Assembly (NCBI RefSeq): GCF_001194135.2 | Contig: NC_068986.1 | Coordinates: forward strand, 5,459,344-5,505,441 | Direction of reading: 5' to 3' | DNA length: 46,098 nt | Source: Octopus bimaculoides | Lineage: Eukaryota | Shown: in pieces, positions 10,514-21,820 of the stretch | How the letters are laid out: every line of letters starts with the position of its first letter | Position numbering within the stretch: the first letter of the stretch is position 1 | Position numbers and translations under genes: made by a program | Notes under the pieces: model-generated | What the model was told of the DNA's origin: nothing | The model's database searches: none | What the model saw: the letters and a program-made list of their open reading frames with translations, nothing else

Positions 10514-11240
10514 NNNNNNNNNNNNNNNNNNNNNNNNNNNNNNNNNNNNNNNNNNNNNNNNNNNNNNNNNNNNNNNNNNNNNNNNNNNNNNNNNNNNNNN
10601 NNNNNNNNNNNNNNNNNNNNNNNNNNNNNNNNNNNNNNNNNNNNNNNNNNNNNNNNNNNNNNNNNNNNNNNNNNNNNNNNNNNNNNNNNNNNNNNNNNNN
10701 NNNNNNNNNNNNNNNNNNNNNNNNNNNNNNNNNNNNNNNNNNNNNNNNNNNNNNNNNNNNNNNNNNNNNNNNNNNNNNNNNNNNNNNNNNNNNNNNNNNN
10801 NNNNNNNNNNNNNNNNNNNNNNNNNNNNNNNNNNNNNNNNNNNNNNNNNNNNNNNNNNNNNNNNNNNNNNNNNNNNNNNNNNNNNNNNNNNNNNNNNNNN
10901 NNNNNNNNNNNNNNNNNNNNNNNNNNNNNNNNNNNNNNNNNNNNNNNNNNNNNNNNNNNNNNNNNNNNNNNNNNNNNNNNNNNNNNNNNNNNNNNNNNNN
11001 NNNNNNNNNNNNNNNNNNNNNNNNNNNNNNNNNNNNNNNNNNNNNNNNNNNNNNNNNNNNNNNNNNNNNNNNNNNNNNNNNNNNNNNNNNNNNNNNNNNN
11101 NNNNNNNNNNNNNNNNNNNNNNNNNNNNNNNNNNNNNNNNNNNNNNNNNNNNNNNNNNNNNNNNNNNNNNNNNNNNNNNNNNNNNNNNNNNNNNNNNNNN
11201 NNNNNNNNNNNNNNNNNNNNNNNNNNNNNNNNNNNNNNNN
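10514..11240. other. Assembly gap (N run) after (TCTA)n/(TA)n
   Basis: Ns in the sequence. Confidence 1.
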
Positions 11241-11251
11241 AAGGACAATAA

Positions 11252-11364
11252 AAGAAAGAAAGAGACCTCGATATTATGTAAATAGAAGAATTTATCTGTA
11301 AAAATATGTGACACTCAGAGTTTTATCATGGCTACTGAATAAGTGTCACATATTTTTACAGATA
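11252..11364. mobile_element. Penelope-like terminal-repeat fragments in head-to-head (fold-back) arrangement
   Basis: Both halves match 31406-31500 (GAGTTTTATCATGGCTACTGAATAA.TGTCACATAT...TTTACAGATAAATTC.TCTAT.TACATAATAT.GAGGTCTCTTTC). Confidence 0.75.
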
Positions 11365-11470
11365 TATATATATATATATATATATAATGTATGTATGTAT
11401 ATATATATTTGTGTGTGTGTATGCTAACATAGTCATATTTATGTATAATAATTTATCTTTTGACATTCAG

Positions 11471-11620
11471 ATAAAAAAACTAGGGGACCTTGGTCTTTTG
11501 GCTATTACTGTACCTTCAGAAGATGGTGGCACTGGATTAGATACTCTTGCTTATGCTATAGCAATGGAAGAGATTAGTCGTGGTTGTGCTACATGTGGAG
11601 TTATCATGAGTGTCAATAAT
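11471..11620 (+). CDS. ACADS: ACADS exon 3 ([15 protein letters not shown]...[24 protein letters not shown])
   Basis: ttcag| and |gtaagt; 150 nt; SCAD motif [10 protein letters not shown]...GVIMSVNN. Confidence 0.97.
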
Positions 11621-11864
11621 GTAAGTTTTCAAAATTCTTCCTTTTTTTTTTTTTGCCTTCTTAAAGATTCTCAAAAAAGCTTATTACTGCAATGTTATAA
11701 ATATTTCATTATTGTTCACTGAAATCATTAATTTTTTTTTTTTCAGTGCCTAGTTTATTCAGTTAGATTGCATCATATGATGTCATAAATTACAAAAAGG
11801 AGTTTGTGAAATCAAGTTAAATCAAGAGGATATACGTACCTTTATGTAAATGTCAGAATAAAAT

Positions 11865-12180
11865 TGGCACTCTGTCAGTTACAACAACTAGGGTTCCAGT
11901 TGATCTGATCAACAGAACAGCCTGCTCAAGAAATTAACATGTAATATATTAGTGACTGGGCACTCCACAGACATGCATACCCATAACATAGTTTTCAGGG
12001 GGGATTCAGCATGACACAGAATGCGACAAGGCTGACCCTTTGAAATACAGCTGAGTAGACTGGAGCAACATGAAATAAAGTATCTTGTTCAAGGACTCAA
12101 TGCACTGCTGGGAATCAAGCTCACAACCTTACAATCATGAGCTGAATACCCTAACCCCTGAGCCACACACCTTCAAATGT
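11865..12180 (-). mobile_element. tRNA-derived SINE, diverged
   Basis: Reverse-complement head (…ACCCTAACCCCTGAGCCACACACC) and TGGAGCAACATGAAATAAAGTATCTTGTTCAAGGA body. Confidence 0.7.
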
Positions 12181-12737
12181 CAGAATAGTTTAAGCTTGAC
12201 TAATAACAATCTCATCATTTGTATATTTGATGACATGTTTTGAGCTGTATTGCTGGCACAATATATAAGGTAGCACTGGGAGAGATTATAGCAATGTTAA
12301 AGTAGCAGAGTGTAGGCATATGCTATCTACTAGAGGAAAGTTGGAAGTTAACCTTAGTCAAATTTTAAAGGTATGTAACAGTACTGGACCTGGTAAAGTA
12401 GTCACACTGCTAACAGAGAAATGGATGATATAAGTAATATAGGTCGTCAAAGTTTTTAACAGAATAATTCATTTTAGGCTGGAAAAGACCCCTTTTCAGA
12501 TTATTTCAATACCGGAAGGCAGTGATCGCATTATCAAAGCTGCTGAACCCCTCAACCATGGGCCCAACACGAGGCCACATATGTACACAAACAAACACAC
12601 AAATACACATAATGCACATATATAAATAGTTGCATGAATGTTTGTATAGGATTGTGTAAAAGTGTGTCAAGTTGCTTCCCTTTATGTTAAAAGCTAACTT
12701 AGCCATTTACGATATAGAGATCGTTAAAAGAAGAACC

Positions 12738-12999
12738 GTGGAGGTGCGTGGCTTAGTGGTTAGGGTGTCAGCACCATGATCGTAAGATTGTGGTTTCGAT
12801 TCCTGGACCGGGCGACGCGTTGTGTACTTGAGCAAAACACTTCATTTCACGTTGCTCCAGTCCACTCAGCTGGCAAAAATGAGTAATGCTGCGATGGACT
12901 GGCGTCCCGTCCAGCTGGGGAACACATACGCCATAGAAACCGGGAAACTGGGCCCATGAGCCTGGCTAGGCTTTAAAAGGGCGCCATTTATTTATTATT
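12738..12999 (+). mobile_element. Young tRNA-derived SINE with 14-bp target-site duplication
   Basis: TTAAAAGAAGAACC at 12724-12737 and 13000-13013; A box GGCTTAGTGGTTAGG; B box GGTTTCGATTCC; CpGs retained. Confidence 0.9.
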
Positions 13000-13453
13000 T
13001 TAAAAGAAGAACCAGATTGAAATATATAGTGAGATTGATATGATAAATCGACTAAAATTCTTGAAAGTGATGCCCCAGCATGACCACAGTTCAATGATTG
13101 AAATTAGTAAAATCATAACTGAATGCAAAAAGAGCAAATGTCATAACCAAGTTCCAGCTCAGGTAAAGAAGTTGAATAAACGTTGAGCTTTTGCATCTGT
13201 AGATAAGAATGTTTACTAATCAAAATGTGTAAACAAACGTAAGTTATCTGGTTGATTAGTTCAGGAGTTCCAAACTACTTGCTTATAATTCATTTCAAAC
13301 ATTGATATTAATATACAGTTGTTCTCAGTAAACTCATTTCATCCATTCAAATTTAGAAATGCCAAATTATTTTTAATGAGTAAAGAAAAATAGTTTATTG
13401 ATATATTATGATTAAAAAAATTCTCAACTGATTAATTTTATTCTAATCTTCAG

Positions 13454-13565
13454 TCTCTTTACTTAGCACCAATTAAAGACTTTGGAAATTCATCACAGAA
13501 AAAAGAATTCATCTCACCTTACATAAACGGAGATAAAATAGGGTGTTTTGCCTTAAGTGAGCCAG
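13454..13565 (+). CDS. ACADS: ACADS exon 4 ([38 protein letters not shown])
   Basis: cttcag| and |gtaacg; 112 nt; acyl-CoA dehydrogenase signature GCFALSEPG. Not in the ORF track; translated by hand. Confidence 0.96.
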
Positions 13566-15579
13566 GTAACGTGTTGCTGATTATGTTTACTGTTAAATCT
13601 CATTAAAATTATCAGATTTATTGCATGCTGAGTCCAAATTTACAACAAGATGCAGTAATTGAATGGTTATAGTGGAAATTTCTAACACAATTATGAACAG
13701 GCTTTCTCTATCAGAGAAGATCTGTTACATTGTTGCAATTCTTTGTCATCTCCTTCAAGAGGACGAGCCTCCTGAGATCAGTTTTCACTGTTTCTTCCCT
13801 TATCTTCCTTGGTCTTATTCTCCTGCAAATTCCTTTAACTTAGACTGCTTGACACTCTATCTGTCTATCATCTTCCACATAGATCACATGTCCATACCAA
13901 CTCAGACATAGAGTGCAATACAGAACTCATACACATTTCTCTTATACCCAGTTAATTGGAAATTACTTTACGTAAATCAGTAAATATAACCAGAACATAA
14001 ATATAGTTTCCTCTATTAACTTAGTCTGTTACAACTTTCATAATTGCTATAAAAAGACTTCAGTTGTTGGGGAATCTTTCCATAAAGTGCAATTTCATGT
14101 TCTTGGTTGGAGATCATTACTTCATTACAAAAGAGTAAAGTACCAAATTTGTAATTATCTATTAATGGATTTGAACTGGCTGTTATTATCTTTGTTACTA
14201 TATTTCCTTTATACCATTTATCATTACATGTCTGGTTTATTTTTTTTTATGAGGGTATGGTTTGGACAAGTCTGTTACATCACAGCATCTCACCATGTTG
14301 CTGATCCTGGTCATTTCCTTTGTAATGCTCAACAATATGCTGAGATTAACTTTCACCATTTCATGCTGTACCTTATGTCTGTATCTTGTGTCTGTATAGT
14401 TTCTGTCTAAGACATTGACCAACCAAAGCTATAACAGGAGGTGCTCACTCAAGATGCTACACTGTGTGAGCAAACCTGGAATCACATGGTTACAAAGCAA
14501 ACTTCTTAACTACACTGCCATATCTGCATCATTTTAGGGTAAAATGTCTCCTTTGATAATAGCCTTCATTAGATAACCTTATTTACTTAACCTTGTTTGA
14601 TATCAACCCACTTGAGTTCTTTGATTCAAAAGAAACTGATTTTATATCCTCGAACTCAAATTGGTTGATATCTTTGATACTAAAATTCTTGTTTTGAAGC
14701 CTTCAGCTTTAGATTAAAACATAATTGATATGTAAGAACCTTTTTAAGTTATGTTCCAAAAACCAAATTAATCATGAAAATACTAATTATTTGACTAAAT
14801 TCCTTAAAACTTCAGATTATTTCAAAATTAATTAAAACATATGAATAGTATATCTTATTAGGAATATAGAAATGAAAGGGTTATGAAAATAATTTTAAAA
14901 ATTGAATAAACTGAAAAAAATGTCTTTCTTTATATACATAGTTGCAGAGAAATTGATTAATTGTTATGCAGGTTTTATAATTGTAGAAAATTGTTGTACA
15001 TTAAGGAAGGTGAAAACAAGAGTGAAAGAAGTCAAGTAATTGTGATAAAAGATAGAAATATATTAGTTTCTAAACCTACACATTTGCCTTCAGTTGATGT
15101 GACATTAAATTGATAATAATGGTGACAGTAGAGTTATTGGAGATACAAGGACAATGAAGTTGTAAATAGGTTTCTTATCTCGACTACGTAGATATTTCAA
15201 ATGTTAACTAAAGTGTTAGTATGTCATCGAGTGTTTGTTGTGTTTTATTGGAGAAGTTTTAAAATGCCAGTGCAAATAATGAAGAGATTTCTGTCATATA
15301 ATTGAAAGACAAGCAATTTGTAACATACGGCATGAAATGAACCCACTAAACCTGTATATGAGAAGTACAGACACAAGAAATTACTTCATGAGAAGAATGA
15401 CTTATGTAATGCAGTTAAATAAAAAAATAAAACTTTTTATGTACATTAGATAAGAGTGTCTTGTAAAGTGTTAGGTCAAGGTCAAGAAAACACCTAAGTA
15501 TATCGAGGATAACTGAGAAATTTATTAAGTTTAAGAAGAGCTAACTATTAAGTTGGGAACATATAAATAGATGATAATC

Positions 15580-15795
15580 CATTCTTTTATAGACACAAGG
15601 CCTGAAATTTTGGAGGAGTGGTCTAGTCAATTATATTAATCCCAGTGCTCAACTCGTTACTTATTTTATTGACCTCAAAAGGATGAAAGACAAAGTTGGC
15701 TTAAGTGGAATTTGAACTCACAACATAAAGACAGGCAAAAAGCCACTGACCATTTTGTCCAGCATGCTAGTGTTTCTTCTAGCTCACCACCTTAT
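15580..15795 (-). mobile_element. SINE (GAGYTGGCAGAAACGTTAG family), diverged
   Basis: Reverse complement of the 2376 and 32504 copies (GGATGAAAGACAAAGT...GGAATTTGAACTCA). Confidence 0.7.
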
Positions 15796-16619
15796 AAATA
15801 AGTGATAATAACTAAGAAAATATCACATTTCTTAACTACATACCATAGTATATCATTTAATGATGAGGTAATATTGAAAAATTACATGATATATTAAAGT
15901 TTTCTTGGTTGTAGATTGTTTATAGAAAACGGTATCATATTCTGTGATAATTGTCTTGAGCTTTGGGTAAAGAAAACTAACTCTACTTACTGTTGAGCCA
16001 ACTTGTTTATTTGGTCTTGATGCCAAAGCTAATAGGATGTCCAAGGACCTTAGTAACTCATGACCCTTATACTATCCATATTCTTGTCTAATGAGATATA
16101 AGTTGATCATTCACTCAGCATACATCACTTTCATCTACTCTATTTCTAACTTTTGTTAATTTTATGTAAAATATTTTTAGAGTTGTAGTTCTTTCCTGAA
16201 AATGGCTAAAGTGTTATAAGAAAACTGAGTTTTTGCATATGATTTATATAGTGATGATTTATCTGATAATCAAAGATAATCATTAGAGTTCAAGAAAGTC
16301 TTCAAGAATCAATTCAGTCCTAAAAGAGAAATGCTTATCAAAAAAAAAAAAGCCACTATTGGAGGAAAGTAAGGCAAGAGTAGTACAATCCTGTTGTGCC
16401 TGTCCACACTTTCTCACTCTATTACACCTACCTACTCACTCACCTTTTCTGTTCCTCTATCCCTATTCTCTCTCTCTCATATTCATCTTGAACTTTGAGT
16501 GTATGCCCTCACCATCTCTCTCTCTCTCTCCAGCTGAGGAAGCCATGTATTCACCTCTTCATTAAGACACCTGTTCTTGTCCCTCTTTCATACTTTCACA
16601 TCCTTCAATACTATACTCC

Positions 16620-16862
16620 ACTCAGTTGAGTGGGGGTCTTGTCTTGTGAGTACTTGGCAACCTCACAAATGTTGGTGCCATGAAATAAAAAAAAAAGAAA
16701 ACTACCCAGTACATTCTGTAAAGTAATCAGTGTCAGGAAAGGCATCCAGCTATAGAAACCATGCCAAAGCAGACATTGGAACTCAGCCCTGCCCTCTGGA
16801 TCACCAATTCCTATCAAACTTCCAACCCATGCCAACAGAGGAAAAAGGCTGTTAAATGATGG
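16620..16862 (+). mobile_element. RTE-tail SINE/LINE family copy, diverged
   Basis: GTCAGGAAAGGCATCCAGCTATAGAAACC...CCAACCCATGCCAACAGAGGAAA. Confidence 0.65.
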
Positions 16863-17004
16863 TGTTTTAAACATTCCTTTTATTCCTAGTACACCTACAG
16901 TTCTTGCTTGTTGCTTTTTTATTTGTGTGAGCCAGACCTCTATGAATTTATAGCATGAGACTTAGTGATAAGATTATATTTAAATCTGTGTATTTATCAT
17001 TCAG

Positions 17005-17120
17005 GTAATGGGAGTGATGCAGCTGCAGCATCGACAGTTGCACACCTGCATGGTGACCATTGGGTGCTAAATGGTACCAAGTCATGGATCACCAATGGCT
17101 ATGAAGCTTCAGCATCAATT
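17005..17120 (+). CDS. ACADS: ACADS exon 5 ([38 protein letters not shown])
   Basis: ttcag| and |gtaagt; phase 1 in, phase 0 out; motifs NGSDA and WVLNGTKxWITN. Confidence 0.96.
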
Positions 17121-18337
17121 GTAAGTATTTGCTTAATCATTATTCTTCATCCACATCATTTTTATTGTATCAGCCTCTGCAAGAGTTCTATTTCTCTTTC
17201 TATTACCTGTTATCTCTCTCACTGGATGATGATGTGTACTACCTTTTTTTGGTTATGTTCAAAAAATCTTTGGTTATAGGTGGGTTGACATATGAGTACA
17301 ACTAAGTTTTGTTGTTGCATAGTCACAGTCTTCTTTAGTTTGTCATCTTTTCTATTCATTAATAGCCACAATTAAAAACCATCAAAATCATTACAAATCA
17401 TGAGGAACTCTTATAACAACTGTACTTATATAACATTGCCGAAACTGCATTACAAAGAAAAGATTCTTCTTTAAGGCCAGAATATACTTCACTTCTAATC
17501 AGTTACCAACTCATACAAATATCAAGTGTGACCCACATTGTAAAACTATTCATATGCACGAAGTGGGGCTATCGCTTATAGATAACTTTGACTGTAGCCC
17601 TCACCCCAACCAACCAAATTAAAAAAAAAAGCATGATGTTTTCTTTCTCTTGACTTTTATTTTTACAATATGTTGTCAATTGTTTAAAGTTCAAGTTGAA
17701 CACAAATGTAGCCAATCTAAGAAGGCCTACAAAAATTGTGAGAATTGTCCTTTGAATTTAAGTTGTATGTGTGTGTGTGTATACATTAGGCAATGATCAT
17801 AAAAGGAAGAACAGTAAAGTGACAAGCTTTAAGAAATGTTGTATTAGTTTAATGTTTAAAAAGAAGAGACAATCTCATGACATTTCAGATATTTGTCTTT
17901 CATCAGAAAAAAATAAAAGAATGAGAAAAGGTATTGGGCAAAATAAAAAGTATAAGAAAAAGTGGTTGGGGAAAATGGTTAGGGATCAGGTGGGAACGCT
18001 GTTTTATGGGAAGGGAGGATGAGGTGGCGGAGGGTGCATGTATAAAAGTGTATCTATGTGTGGGTATAAAACGTCTTTCCCTCTATATAATTTGTCCTTC
18101 AGTCTGTATATCTAATTATCTCACAGTCTTCTCTCACTTTATATATAGATATCTTATTGGCTTATATATAGATGTTTTATTTCTCTAACAAATTATTTTT
18201 TAAAATTTCATCTTTCTAGCAATAGATAATTTTGGTGGTCTCGATGAATGACTGACATATAGTGCTTTACTCATTTTACTTGTAGAGTATTTTTGTTTTT
18301 TAAATTTATTATAGGTATTTTGAATATTTTCTTTCAG

Positions 18338-18373
18338 GTTTTTGCAACAACAGACAAAGCTAAGAAACACAAG
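18338..18373 (+). CDS. ACADS: ACADS exon 6, 36-nt micro-exon (VFATTDKAKKHK)
   Basis: ctttcag| and |gtattg; supplies the otherwise missing VFASTDRALQNK-equivalent segment in frame. Confidence 0.92.
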
Positions 18374-19572
18374 GTATTGTTAGTTATTTATATTTTAAGC
18401 CCATATATCATACATTTTCAAATGAAAATTGATGTAGCAACTCATAATTTATGTGTGTGTGTGTGTAGGCATGAAGTAGATTTGATCCTAGATAGTCAAA
18501 TTTAAATTAACACTTCAGCAGCACTTTTCTCATGGTAAAACACTAGTTTTTCTTTGACAGCAGTTTACATTTTCTAGATGTCTTAGCTAAGCAAAATAAC
18601 GTCTTTGCCACTTGAACCTTCTAACCTCTTCTATGTCACCAAAAGCTAGAATTAAGATAACAAGTCACCACCAATGGAATCTATTGTTCTCATCGATATG
18701 TCTATCCTTCTGGATTGTTATATAAACAAGAACCCCCAAGCAAAAGTTAGTCAGTTAGTGACAACTCAAGTTCGTGAGAACCCGAGTTAGAGAGAGCGAC
18801 CATCAGTTAGTGAACGGACCACTAGAATCATGACCACAAGCAGACAGCCACTAAAGACAAATGGCCAGAGGAAAAAAGAAAGTTGCAATCAGCGACTATG
18901 CGAGACAACTTCCCTCAACTCTCTCACTATCACTAGCTCAGCTCACTTTCTTCTTAGAACTTTACTCCATCTCTATCTATAATTACTACTACACAATGAC
19001 GAGACCACAAACACAAACTATACAAGGAAAATCTACATCTGTCTTTACTTTGCATGCATTACGATTTTATCACCTGCCCGTTGAGGCAAGGTATCTTACA
19101 ATGTAATGGTAAAATAAATATTTTCTTCACAACTTCAATCACCATTCTTTCATCTTTACATAATGGCAATCAATGAAGAACCAATCCTTACAAACTGATT
19201 ATGACTCCAACGTTCCATATTATTGTATACTAATTAATTTCAACCATTACAAAAATAAGCTTCTACCGTTACAAATTGGTGACTCAACCGTTACACTAAT
19301 ATCTGTCGTTACAAAGTGGTGATCCCAACATTGCACCATAATAAGCATTGATTACAAATTGATGACCACTACTGTTACATATATATTCTTTTAAGCATTT
19401 CTAATTAAGTTTCGTAGTTGTTTCATATGATACAGGCAAAAAAATTATTCTTATCAAGTATTAGTTTTCTTTTGAGACATGATATGAGAAATAACAATAA
19501 TATTTAGGATTTACAAAACTAAATGTAATTATAGATGGTATAAGTAATCTTTATATTTATCATTTTAAACAG

Positions 19573-19743
19573 GGCATAAGTGCATTTATTGTACCAACAT
19601 CTTCTGAAGGGTTTTCACGTGGGAAAAGAGAAGACAAACTTGGCATCAGAGGTTCTTCAACATGTAATTTAATTTTTGAGGATTGCAAAATTCCTAAAGA
19701 AAATATCCTTGGTCCAGAAGGATCTGGTTTTAAAATTGCTATG
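19573..19743 (+). CDS. ACADS: ACADS exon 7 ([57 protein letters not shown])
   Basis: aaacag| and |gtaagt; 171 nt; [11 protein letters not shown] motif. Translated by hand. Confidence 0.97.
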
Positions 19744-19884
19744 GTAAGTTTCCATTAATATAAAGTAAACTGTAAATATTTGTGATCGATTACATTTCGT
19801 GATCAAAAGTTTTATGTTGTTTACATATTTTATACAGCAATGTTTAATATCTTAAAATTATTGAATATAAAATTCATTTTTCAG

Positions 19885-19941
19885 CAAGTTCTTGATGCAG
19901 GTAGGATTGGTATTGCTGCTCAAGCTGTCGGAATAGCTCAG
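19885..19941 (+). CDS. ACADS: ACADS exon 8 (QVLDAGRIGIAAQAVGIAQ)
   Basis: ttttcag| and |gtaaac; LDxGRIGIA motif. Confidence 0.95.
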
Positions 19942-20670
19942 GTAAACTATAAATTATCTTTTGTTCATGGTATAACTGTGTGGTTAAGAAGTTCACTTCA
20001 GAACTATGAGATTTCTGATACAATCTTACTGTGTAGCAACTTAAGAAAGTGTCTTCTACCATAACCTCAGGTTAGCCAAAACTTTATGAATGAAATTTGG
20101 CTGGCAGATACTTTGTGGAAACTTGGCTTAGAGATAGATTATGTTTTTAGATTGTAAACATAATGTGTTGCCTGGTTTAACACCATTATCTTGTCCTTAG
20201 GTGTCTTTAGTAGGATGCACTTTGTTGCAAATATTTGAGTCAGGTCTCTGGTTTAAAGATAACTTCCTCCTTTCCTCACACCAGTCACAGAGGTCCTGGA
20301 AGGGATGATATGCACTGGTATTTCTCCCCTGACTGAGCCATTTAAAAAATGTTTATGTATTTGTAATACATGGTATAAACTGTAATTACAGTTGATTAAT
20401 ATAAACTAATTATTTATCAAATATGTCGTGCTTATTTTAAATCATCATCACCAATATCATTAACATCATTATTTTTATGTCCATTTTTCCATGATGACGT
20501 GGGTAGGATAGGTTTTACAGTATTTCATCACTTGTCACAGTCTTCATTGTCTGCTACATGCAGCAATAAAGAAGACTGTAAAACTTTAATGTTATGTATG
20601 TCATGATTTTTAGGTCATGGTTTTTGCAGCTCATTGCCCTTCCTATCACCAGCCACTTGACAATATTTTT

Positions 20671-21040
20671 TTATTTTATTGGTTAAGCCCTTCACTTCCT
20701 AAAAAGCATAGGCCATCAACAACTTTTCTCCACTGTTCACGACTCTGGATTATCTTCAGAGCCACTCGCTCAGTAAAAAGGTGGAGTACTTCTCGGGTGT
20801 TGTTGATTTTGAATTATCATTGATGCTTCTGTAACCTTGCTTTTTTCTGGGTAGAGGTGTTGGCCCTATGCAAACCCATTTTTACCTCTGGGAAGAGATA
20901 GATGGTCCATATTAGTCTGGTCTCTATCTTTTGACCTGTCTGGCATGGGAGGCCCTACTAAGAACTTGCACTTTACTGGCATAGCTCTCTGGGCCATTGA
21001 GGCACACAAGCAACCACACTGCAATAAAAACTGGACCTTG
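20671..21040 (-). mobile_element. Bipartite RTE-like derivative (5'-UTR-like segment joined to a 3' end)
   Basis: Minus strand GAGAGCTATGCCAGT...GTAGGGCCTCCCATGCCAGACAGGTCAAA, then ATCCAGAGTCGTGAACAGTGGAGAAAAGTTGTTGATGGCCTATGC (QSREQWRKVVDGLC) and an A-rich tail. Family recognised from memory. Confidence 0.5.
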
Positions 21041-21346
21041 TAGTATAACGACATAGTCTGGGTATATTGAATCATTGGCACTACAGAGGCCATCTATAAC
21101 AAGACAAAAGAGTCCAAACTACCCTGTATCTGTCTTACATTCAGAAAAGTAATAAACCATTGCAAATGTAGTAAAATTGTTTTACTGTAAAAATTTTTAT
21201 CAATTTATTTTGGTTCAGTCAGCTCTTTTTATTGAATTCTTTTATAATTATTTTTAGAAAAATTTAAAAAATTTCAATGTCTCTTTAAATTTGGGATTAG
21301 ATGCATTTTTTATCTATTTCCTTACTGTATTCATTTACTCTATTAG

Positions 21347-21427
21347 GCTGCAATGGATTGTGCTGTGGCATATTCTCTAAAAAGAGAAGCATTTGGAGCC
21401 CCAATTGCTAAATTACAAGCTATTCAG
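21347..21427 (+). CDS. ACADS: ACADS exon 9 (AAMDCAVAYSLKREAFGAPIAKLQAIQ)
   Basis: tattag| and |gtatat; 81 nt; RxAFGxPxxKLQxIQ motif. Translated by hand. Confidence 0.95.
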
Positions 21428-21724
21428 GTATATTATACTTTTAAACATATTTTACTTCTAAAGGATTGTGTGTGTACTCTAAAAGATAAATTTCTTTCCT
21501 AACTGTTTAGGGGGGAATATAGTCAATGAGTATGTGTGTATGTGCATGTATACTTGTACATATGTATGTGTGTCCTAACATGGAAGGAATAAAGATCAAA
21601 CTGTGTAGGAATAATAGCTGAAAGAGAAAATATTTACCTTTACACAGAATTAGAATAAAACATTAAAATGTACAACAATATTTTGAAGCGATATAATATG
21701 ACCGTTTGTGTGTTTGTATTACAG

Positions 21725-21820
21725 ATGAAATTAGCTGACATGGCATCCAAAATTGATTCTTCTCGTCTTCTTTTATGGAGAGCTGCTATGTTAAAGGATG
21801 CCAAAAGACCTTATTCAAAG
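21725..21820 (+). CDS. ACADS: ACADS exon 10 ([32 protein letters not shown])
   Basis: ttacag| and |gtaaga; 96 nt; KLADMA...[12 protein letters not shown]. Confidence 0.96.

Noticed and set aside
10188-11314. Long ORFs of 270-365 aa spanning N runs (also 26935-27885)
   Set aside because: Artefacts of untranslatable gaps.
12480-12590. GC-richer island in intron 3 as a possible snRNA, snoRNA or ribozyme
   Set aside because: No resemblance to U1, U2, U4, U5, U6 or 5S, and no C/D or H/ACA boxes that I could support.
18313-18337. Alternative upstream AG for the micro-exon
   Set aside because: It would add 23 nt and shift the frame; the 18336-18337 acceptor has the better pyrimidine tract and restores homology.
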